From assembly GCA_051382335.1 (NCBI GenBank), contig JBBCAX010000184.1, forward strand, positions 1 through 38,179: 38,179 bases of DNA, written 5' to 3'. Each line of letters begins with the position of its first letter. The first letter of the stretch is position 1. The notes beneath the pieces are model-generated. The model ran no database searches, was not told the origin of the DNA, and worked only from the letters and a program-made list of their open reading frames with translations. Positions 31,258-38,179 of the stretch are shown in pieces. Source of the DNA: Deltaproteobacteria bacterium TL4. GTDB taxonomy: Bacteria; SAR324; NAC60-12. A program made the position numbers and the translations under genes.

Positions 31258-31803
31258 TCAGGAAATTAAAGAAAGACGAGCAATGTAAGGGAGTTCGCGG
31301 TAACGTTCCGCATAATCCAGCCCATAGCCGACAACAAAGTCATCTGGAATGGTAAATCCATTAAAACGGATGTGGACTGGGGACTTTTGATATTTTTCTT
31401 TTCGCAGTAAAGTGCATATTTCCAGGGACTTCGGTTTTTGTTTGCCCAGAGCAATTAAAAGCTGCTCTAAAGTCAGTCCACTATCGTGAATGTCGTCAAC
31501 AATCAGAACCTGCTTGTTTTCCAATTGCGGTAGATTTGAAATGTTAACATTTCCCGAAGACTGTGTTTGATTTCCATAACTGGAAGTTTGCACAAAATGG
31601 ACATAGCATGGAATGCTTAGTGCCCTGATGAGATCCGCGACAAAAACGAACGCCCCCTTAAGCACACCGACAATATGCAATTCGTCTTGCTCATAGTGCT
31701 TAGAAATAGAATGCGCCAGTTCATGAATCCGGGACTGGATGGCTTCTGCGCTAATTATAGGTTCAAGTAAATTCAAGGTTTCCATGCGAGAGAGGGAGTC
31801 CAT
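31258..31803 (-). CDS. hpt: Hypoxanthine phosphoribosyltransferase
   Basis: GVLKGAFVF, SSYG, VLIVDDIHDSGLT, FVVGYGLDY..YRELPYI. Confidence 0.95.
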   Translation of the reverse strand: MDSLSRMETLNLLEPIISAEAIQSRIHELAHSISKHYEQDELHIVGVLKGAFVFVADLIRALSIPCYVHFVQTSSYGNQTQSSGNVNISNLPQLENKQVLIVDDIHDSGLTLEQLLIALGKQKPKSLEICTLLRKEKYQKSPVHIRFNGFTIPDDFVVGYGLDYAERYRELPYIARLSLIS

Positions 31804-31807
31804 AACG

Positions 31808-33940
31808 TCAGGTTTTCTTTATGACACTGCCAATCTTCGCTGCTTTTCCAAGCTGAGATAGACGTAAATAATCTTCAAGAATCAGCATTCCTTCTTGTAA
31901 GTAGTCATCTCGATAAATTCCAGCATCCTCCTCTTTTGGGGCTTCGTCGTTTTTAGAAACAGCCTCCTCTTTATTTCCGCTCTTCTTATCCTCAGCCTCT
32001 TGCTGTTTGTAATCTTCTTGTACTTGCAAAATAGAGGTATGGGTTCTGGACTTAATCTCGGTTAAATACTTGTGTATATTTTTTTCAACCTTCTGGAAAT
32101 ACTCACTCTTTTCAAGACGCTTTGCGGAATTTGCCTGAAGTTCCGGTAAATAGGTTTTGAGGTCCCCCAGTGGACGGTAATTCGCCGGGGAAATGGCTTT
32201 CCAGGGAAGTGCGTTAGGAAGGGTGGATTCTCCCACTTCCCGCTCATTCATGATGGATTTGAGCACAATATCGGACTCGACTCCTTTATTTTGAGTCGAC
32301 CAACCATTAACCCTGTAAAATTGGGCAATCGTTACTTTTAAGGCACCAAACCCGGTAGGGAGCTGCGCGATATTCTGTACCGTCCCTTTGCCAAACGTCG
32401 TTTTATCCCCTACCAAAATCGCACGATGGTAATCTCTTAAGGCGCCAGCGAGAATTTCGGAAGCGGACGCGCTATAGCTATCAAGCATCACCAATAACGG
32501 GCCCTCATAAACACTGGGTTGGCGACTTCTGTGTATGAACCGGCGAGAACCTCCCGACTGACGAACGATGACCACGGGTTGTTTCCCAATGAACAAGCCT
32601 GCCATAGAAATCGCCTCATCCAGTCCACCGCCACCATTACCACGCAAATCGAGAATCACCCCGTCCACTTTATCCTGATTAAACTGCAATAAATGATTCT
32701 TTACGTCACGTGAAGAACTCTTATAGTTTTGCGGATTCTCTCGTCTGCCATTAAAGTCTACATAAAATGAGGGAAGGCGAATCACTCCCAGCTTGTATTG
32801 TGCCGGTGCATAAAACACCTCGTTTTCCGGAGTTGTCGCGGCTTTTTCCTTAGCCCCAGCGACTTCTTTGCTTACAGGAATCTCTTTTTCATTTTTTGAG
32901 GTCAGCGGAGGAACCGGATCAAACAATTTGGATTGGGCTTCTCCGTCTTTTAAAACAATCTGGTCCCTGGTAATATCAATCACAAGCGTGGCGTCACCTT
33001 TTTCCGTTTTACGTAACAACTGCAAACGAACCTTCGTTCCCCGTTTTCCCCGGATGAGATTGACGACATTAGCCAGACGTACATCGACAACATTCTCAAA
33101 AACATTATCTCCTTGAGAAACAGCGATCACACGATCATTCACCTTCAACCGTCCATCACGATAAGCCGCACCCCCCGGCACTATGGAATTAACAACGGTG
33201 TAGCCATCCTCCCATCTCAAAACCGCGCCAATTCCCTCCAGAGACAGTTTAATGGAAATATCAAAGTTTTTTAACTCCTGTGCGGAAAGGTAAGAGGAGT
33301 GAGGATCGTAAGCACTGGTCAAGGCATTAAGATACATCGAGATGGTGTCATTATCCGTGTATTTGCTATAATCTTTCCAGACACTCCGTACCCTTTTCAG
33401 TAATCGATCCTTTGACTCTTCCAGGGTACTTCCTGTCCGAACCATGTGCAACAGATCAAACTTAATTTTGAGACGCCAAATTTCCCGGGCTTCCTCTGTG
33501 GTTTTAGGGTAAGGGGCATTTTTTCTATCAATCAGCCAAACCCCATCTTTGTTAAAATCAAAATTTTCTTTGACAAATTCTTCCATCATTTGGAGACGCT
33601 CAGACAAACGGGTCTTGAACCGGGTAAATATTTTTAAAGCTATCTCAACATTTCCCTGCTTTATGAGGTCATCCAACTGGTCCTTGTATTTTTTATATTC
33701 CTGAATATCTGAATCCAGAAAGTAGTAATGTCCCGGGTCGAAGGAGTTCAAAAAAGAATCTAGCGTTTTTTCAGAAATACTGTCATCCACCTGGCTTTGA
33801 GAATAATGCATATCCACAAACTGTTCGACAATGCGTTTAACAATCGAACCCGATAAAGGCGGTTCTTCGGCTTGACTGGTCAGAGGGAGAACACTCATCC
33901 CTAAAAACAAAACGGCTACAAAAAATGATCGATATTTCAT
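31808..33940 (-). CDS. prc: Carboxy-terminal processing protease (S41A, Prc/Tsp-like)
   Basis: Signal peptide, DPHSSY, PDZ LEGIGA, DLRGNGGG, SASASEI, FGKGTVQ. Confidence 0.93.
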   Translation of the reverse strand: MKYRSFFVAVLFLGMSVLPLTSQAEEPPLSGSIVKRIVEQFVDMHYSQSQVDDSISEKTLDSFLNSFDPGHYYFLDSDIQEYKKYKDQLDDLIKQGNVEIALKIFTRFKTRLSERLQMMEEFVKENFDFNKDGVWLIDRKNAPYPKTTEEAREIWRLKIKFDLLHMVRTGSTLEESKDRLLKRVRSVWKDYSKYTDNDTISMYLNALTSAYDPHSSYLSAQELKNFDISIKLSLEGIGAVLRWEDGYTVVNSIVPGGAAYRDGRLKVNDRVIAVSQGDNVFENVVDVRLANVVNLIRGKRGTKVRLQLLRKTEKGDATLVIDITRDQIVLKDGEAQSKLFDPVPPLTSKNEKEIPVSKEVAGAKEKAATTPENEVFYAPAQYKLGVIRLPSFYVDFNGRRENPQNYKSSSRDVKNHLLQFNQDKVDGVILDLRGNGGGGLDEAISMAGLFIGKQPVVIVRQSGGSRRFIHRSRQPSVYEGPLLVMLDSYSASASEILAGALRDYHRAILVGDKTTFGKGTVQNIAQLPTGFGALKVTIAQFYRVNGWSTQNKGVESDIVLKSIMNEREVGESTLPNALPWKAISPANYRPLGDLKTYLPELQANSAKRLEKSEYFQKVEKNIHKYLTEIKSRTHTSILQVQEDYKQQEAEDKKSGNKEEAVSKNDEAPKEEDAGIYRDDYLQEGMLILEDYLRLSQLGKAAKIGSVIKKT

Positions 33941-34495
33941 AATGCTTGTCTCAAATAATAATCTACAGGAACGATAGCTTTTTTTTCAAATTCTATACGG
34001 AAAAATAAATGATGGTTTCATATCTATGTACGAAAACGCCCACTCTATATGATGGTATTCCATGAAACTGTGAAAACCTCAAATATTATCTGAGGATAAT
34101 GCGTTTTTATTTGTTCTTTGATTTTCACCGTCCTTGAAGAATCCTGCGTGAAACAATAGGTTTTCGCAAGGGGTGAGCCCTCTCCACACAATAATTTTAA
34201 TTGTTTTTCCAGGGGATACATCACAGTAACCTCTTGATTTAACTATATTTAACAACCTATTGTCTTTTAAAAGATTAATTTTCTTACAAAATGAAAGAAA
34301 TATTTGCTATTTCGTTTTTTATTTATTAAGGAGTAGACAGAATGTATACCTTTGTTGAGCAAGATCCAGCCGAGTTGCTGTAACGACGTTGGATAAAGAG
34401 CAAAGAAATTTGAGGTGGGCAGATATTAGTTTTTCGCTCTTTTTGAGAGGACGTTTTCGTTAAAGAGACGTTTAACTTTAGATGAGGAGGTGAAT

Positions 34496-35659
34496 ATGAA
34501 AGGTTTTGTTCATCCAAAGTTTTGGAGAGTGGGGAGATCATTTGAAACACAGTTGAAGTTAATCAAGGGGGGAGCGGCAGTCTGTGTTTATCACAAGGGA
34601 GAGCCTGTCGTTGATATCTGGGGAGGTGTTAAAGACAAGGAGGGTAATCCTTGGGAGGAAGACACTTTGGCTATGTGCTATTCAACCACTAAAGGGGTCA
34701 CCTCGACGCTCATGCATATCTTGGTTGGAAAAGGACTTATCGATTATGAGGCTCCCGTCTCAAAATATTGGCCAGAGTTTGGACAAAAAGGGAAGGAAGC
34801 CATCACCATCAGACATCTCATGTGTCACGAAGCGGGGTTGTATAACATAAGAAACGTGATCGATGACTTTGACGCGACTCAGGATTGGAAATACATGGCC
34901 CATCGGTTGACTGAGTGTGAACCCTCGCATCGCCCTGGTCAGGCCAATGGTTATCATGCCTTAACGTATGGTTGGTTATTAGGTGAAATCATCGAAAGAG
35001 TCACCCGAAAGCAGTTCTCGGAAATTGTTTATGATGAGATTGTCAAACCCTTGGAATTGGACGGTTTCTATGTAGGGCTTCCGCCAGAGCAGATGCATCG
35101 AGTTGCCGATGTCACCAGTGATACCTGTGTCAGGCTGGTGCAGTTAGCAGAAAAATATACAAAACTTCAGATTCCGATTCTGCCTAAAAACTTTCCAGTC
35201 AGTTTGAGGCGTCTCGCCAGTGCGCTGTTGACGAAAAACGTGGATCGTTTGGTTTCTCATGATCCCGATATGCTCGCGGTTTCCATGCCCGCCGCGAATG
35301 GAGTCTTTACGGCAAGATCCTTAGCCAAAATGTATGCGGCCCTGGCAGGTGGTGGCCATTTGAATGGCGTTCATTTGATTTCTCCTGAGCAATTACGTCA
35401 AGCGACTCGGGTTCAAAATCGTCGTGTCGATCGGGTTGTCGCGCTGCCATTGTTCTGGAGAATGGGATTTCACAGTATTCCTTCCGCCAAAGGGATGCTT
35501 CCGAAAGCTTTTGGACATTTTGGGCTGGGAGGATCCGCCGCGTGGGCCGACCCTGAACATGAGATATCAGTCGCCATGACATTGGCTGATGATATTGTCA
35601 ATCCTATCGCCTATCTCCATTCCATGATTTTGGGTGATGCGGTACTGCGTTCCGCGTAA
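34496..35659 (+). CDS. Serine hydrolase, beta-lactamase/EstA family esterase
   Basis: SxxK YSTTKG, YWPEF, LMCHEAG, YHALTYG, FGHFG; GAGGAGG RBS before ATG 34496. Confidence 0.92.
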   Translation: MKGFVHPKFWRVGRSFETQLKLIKGGAAVCVYHKGEPVVDIWGGVKDKEGNPWEEDTLAMCYSTTKGVTSTLMHILVGKGLIDYEAPVSKYWPEFGQKGKEAITIRHLMCHEAGLYNIRNVIDDFDATQDWKYMAHRLTECEPSHRPGQANGYHALTYGWLLGEIIERVTRKQFSEIVYDEIVKPLELDGFYVGLPPEQMHRVADVTSDTCVRLVQLAEKYTKLQIPILPKNFPVSLRRLASALLTKNVDRLVSHDPDMLAVSMPAANGVFTARSLAKMYAALAGGGHLNGVHLISPEQLRQATRVQNRRVDRVVALPLFWRMGFHSIPSAKGMLPKAFGHFGLGGSAAWADPEHEISVAMTLADDIVNPIAYLHSMILGDAVLRSA

Positions 35660-35674
35660 TTGTTTTTCATAACG

Positions 35675-35716
35675 ATGTTTTGGTGCGGAAGGTTCACCTT
35701 GACCGCACCAAAACAT
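35675..35716. terminator. Bidirectional terminator-like hairpin
   Basis: ATGTTTTGGTGCGG...CCGCACCAAAACAT 14-bp stem between convergent genes. Confidence 0.75.
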
Positions 35717-35731
35717 AGTCCCGTGATATCT

Positions 35732-36421
35732 TCATTTTTTTTCGAGTTCAGGTAGAGGAGGCACCTCTTCAATCGAGAGAGCGGCGGCTCTCGCTGTGAT
35801 AGCGACCAGTGCGGTTTTTGCCCGTTCGACTTCTTTCTCGGTCATGCCTGTTTCCTGATATAAATGAAGTGCTGCTCCCACAACAGCAAAGATAAAAATT
35901 TGAAGAACAATGGGATCCAGGGATCGATGTTGCTCTTCAATGACATTTTCCTGCATGAATTCTACGATTTTGGCATAGAGTGCGACTCTTTTTTTGCACA
36001 AGGGAGATTCGGGACGCATCGACTCACTCAATAAAAAATTCCCCAAAGGTCCCGTGGTTAAAAGTAAGTCAAAAAATGAATTAATCCCCGCCTCCAGTTT
36101 TTCAGTGATGGTTCTTTTTTCCGAAACGGCGTCCTTTACCATTTGCAGGAGAATGGTTGCGGAAATATCAAACAATTCCGCCAATACATCTTCTTTATTT
36201 TTAAAAGCTTGGTAAAAGGTTCGACGCGAGATATTCGCGTTTTTCAAGATATCTTGAACCGTTGTAAGATTTAAGCCCTGCTGGCTGAACACCCGCGCGG
36301 AGCCCCACAAAATTTTATTTTTGGTAGAGTCTCTATCAAAAAAAGGGGAAAAATTCACATTCCAGGTTTTTAAAAATTCTTCGACCAGATCCAAATTGAA
36401 TGTTTTTCTTGGAAATAACAT
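35732..36421 (-). CDS. TetR/AcrR family transcriptional regulator
   Basis: F.QQG..TTVQDI..ANISRRTFY..FKNKEDV HTH. Confidence 0.92.
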   Translation of the reverse strand: MLFPRKTFNLDLVEEFLKTWNVNFSPFFDRDSTKNKILWGSARVFSQQGLNLTTVQDILKNANISRRTFYQAFKNKEDVLAELFDISATILLQMVKDAVSEKRTITEKLEAGINSFFDLLLTTGPLGNFLLSESMRPESPLCKKRVALYAKIVEFMQENVIEEQHRSLDPIVLQIFIFAVVGAALHLYQETGMTEKEVERAKTALVAITARAAALSIEEVPPLPELEKK

Positions 36422-36439
36422 TAGGGTCCCTTGCTTTTG

Positions 36440-36730
36440 TTATGGTATCAGATTATTGCTCTTATCTCGTGTCTTCTTCAACGGGATCTCTTTACGTAAA
36501 ATATAAACCACTTCGAGTTCCCGCAATTTGGATTCAGGGTGGAAGTTGTATCCGATCGTAAACCCGTAATCGCTATCCGTATAGTAATAGCGGGTATTTG
36601 GGGCATATTGTCCCAACGATGGTTTGTTCTCCAATCGTTTCACTGAGGCAAAGATTATCTTTGCCAATTGGTGGTCTTCTTTTTCCAATTGCTGAAGAAA
36701 CTCAACGGCAACTTTACTCCACAGAGCCAT
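36440..36730 (-). CDS. Small protein, RelE/ParE-like
   Basis: 96 aa; WS..A..FL..L....I...V..L..P..G...Y.....IGY......V..I pattern; GGGGGA RBS. Confidence 0.5.
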   Translation of the reverse strand: MALWSKVAVEFLQQLEKEDHQLAKIIFASVKRLENKPSLGQYAPNTRYYYTDSDYGFTIGYNFHPESKLRELEVVYILRKEIPLKKTRDKSNNLIP

Positions 36731-36745
36731 CAATTCCCCCGAATA

Positions 36746-38179
36746 CTAGTACCCTGTCCCATAAGTTTCGCTAGTAAAAACGGCAATTCATGATTTTTTG
36801 ATTGGCTGTGGGAGTTTATCAACCAGAGCCTTTTTTAATTCATCTAATGCTGACTGCGCGTTCTCTTTACGTTTTGGTCCTTCTTCCACATTTACTTTTT
36901 GCTGAAACTCTTCTTCCTTCGATAAAAACTCCATTTTAAACATTTCCCAGTTTTGTTCGGAAATTTTTTCGTTATAATTGTGAAGAATGTTTTTTGCCAG
37001 AACAAACTGCTTTGTCATTATTCGTAGTTCGACTGTATTAGCCTCCGTCCCTTTGATCTGTTGAGTAAGCCTCTTAATGGCTTTTTCATGTAAGCCCTCT
37101 CCATCGTATTTCCAGTTGAAAGGAGACGCCATATTTCTATTTCTAAAATCAATGTATTTCATGATAGCATCATACAATCCATCGGCGGAAGAGTACGATT
37201 CTTTGAAACATTTTGCGGAAACCACACCAATTCCAATCTCTGCAGGATTCAGCCAGGAACCGTGAAATGGTGTGTAATGAAAAATGATACGTTTTTCATT
37301 ACACTTCAGCCAATTTCTGCGTTTTTCCATGGTGCTCAATTCTATTTCTGAGGGGCAGGCAACCCTGCTAAACCTTGCGACCAACTCGCAGATCGCATAA
37401 CTGCAATGGGTATTAAGGTTGTCAAGAACATAGTGCAATGGCTCCGAAGGCGAGACGCTTTTAAAGTGGTTCTCCATAAATAAAACAAATTTTTCAGTAC
37501 TATGATTTGAATGAACCTCGCAATTTATCTTTCCACTATTTACATCAAGACAAAGGAACAAATCCAACGTCCCATTTCTGATATATTCGAACTCCTCAAG
37601 ACGTTTTTTCGTTTCTTCTGTTCGTAAATCAGGAACAAGCCTCTGTAATATCTGGATACCCGGGGATTCATCAAAAGCATACAGATTTTTCGGACGGTTT
37701 AGAAACAGTTCGATCAACGACTCCATTTTTTGGAAAAAATCGGGGTCAGTAATATTGAGAAAATACCTCGACCTGTGCGGTTTAAGTTTATGGCTCGACA
37801 ATGTCCGGGCAATCGTCGATTTTGGAATTGGTCCAATATCATTCGGTTCACTCGCAAGTTGTTTTTCAGCGGTTCTAAGACTCCACCTTCCTCCCCATTC
37901 AGGAAGTACCTGACAGTAAAAACCAATCAATCTAAGTCGTTGTTCTTCTCCGTGTATTGGCGGTCGACCACTCCTGGGTAGGTCAGTGATTTCGTCCCTG
38001 TTTTTCCATCGCACAACGGTTGTATAAGGATATCCTGTATAGGCGCAAATCTCTTTTGTTGGAATTTCCTCTTTGATAAGATTGACGATTTCAATGCGCC
38101 GTTCCATGCGGATTGTTTTGTGAAAACAGCTCTTTCCGGATTGAATCACTGTTGTTTCAGTGACGATTTCATGCAGCTT
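36746..38179 (-). mobile_element. IS630-family insertion sequence (partial)
   Basis: Transposase plus a probable downstream end ...AACTTATGGGACAGGGTACTAG ending at a CTAG/TA site; the other end is not in the window. Confidence 0.75.
36788..38149 (-). CDS. IS630-family transposase (5' end may lie outside the window)
   Basis: D.PRSGRP, WSLR, FDE, EYIRNGT, VLDNLNTH, TPFHGSWLN.AE; frame stays open to 38179. Confidence 0.93.
   Translation of the reverse strand: MIQSGKSCFHKTIRMERRIEIVNLIKEEIPTKEICAYTGYPYTTVVRWKNRDEITDLPRSGRPPIHGEEQRLRLIGFYCQVLPEWGGRWSLRTAEKQLASEPNDIGPIPKSTIARTLSSHKLKPHRSRYFLNITDPDFFQKMESLIELFLNRPKNLYAFDESPGIQILQRLVPDLRTEETKKRLEEFEYIRNGTLDLFLCLDVNSGKINCEVHSNHSTEKFVLFMENHFKSVSPSEPLHYVLDNLNTHCSYAICELVARFSRVACPSEIELSTMEKRRNWLKCNEKRIIFHYTPFHGSWLNPAEIGIGVVSAKCFKESYSSADGLYDAIMKYIDFRNRNMASPFNWKYDGEGLHEKAIKRLTQQIKGTEANTVELRIMTKQFVLAKNILHNYNEKISEQNWEMFKMEFLSKEEEFQQKVNVEEGPKRKENAQSALDELKKALVDKLPQPIKKS

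Noticed and set aside
34496..35659. Antibiotic-resistance beta-lactamase
   Set aside because: No signal peptide and no KTG motif (HFG instead); fits cytoplasmic EstA-type esterases.

Overview
Bacterial chromosomal window. Protein style is Deltaproteobacteria/SAR324-like, which is an impression only. (1) 745-14658 is a co-directional defence island: a 1722-aa YprA/DrmA-like SF2 helicase carrying DUF1998 and a C-terminal Vsr/DUF559-like nuclease domain, a DrmD-like SNF2 ATPase, a type IIG-like N6-adenine methyltransferase, an overlapping DUF4258/YgiT-zinc-finger toxin-antitoxin-like pair, and a STAS-GHKL-STAS protein. It is followed by mobile debris: a 155-bp MITE with a 9-bp target duplication, an internally deleted IS4 element and a P1B-ATPase scrap. 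(2) 16110-20409 is a minus-strand translation cluster, tRNA-Thr/Tyr/Thr-rpmG-tRNA-Trp-secE-nusG-rplK-rplA-rplJ-rplL. It lacks tuf, tRNA-Gly and the usual downstream rpoB, and has an unusually long (663 bp), hairpin-rich rplA-rplJ spacer. (3) 20489-38179 holds housekeeping and accessory genes: DASS transporter, repeat lipoprotein, hydrolases, CBS protein, tkt-rpiA-rpe-gap, hpt, C-terminal protease, TetR, an orphan RelE-like gene and an IS630 transposase. All calls are by motif recognition; no searches or folding were run.
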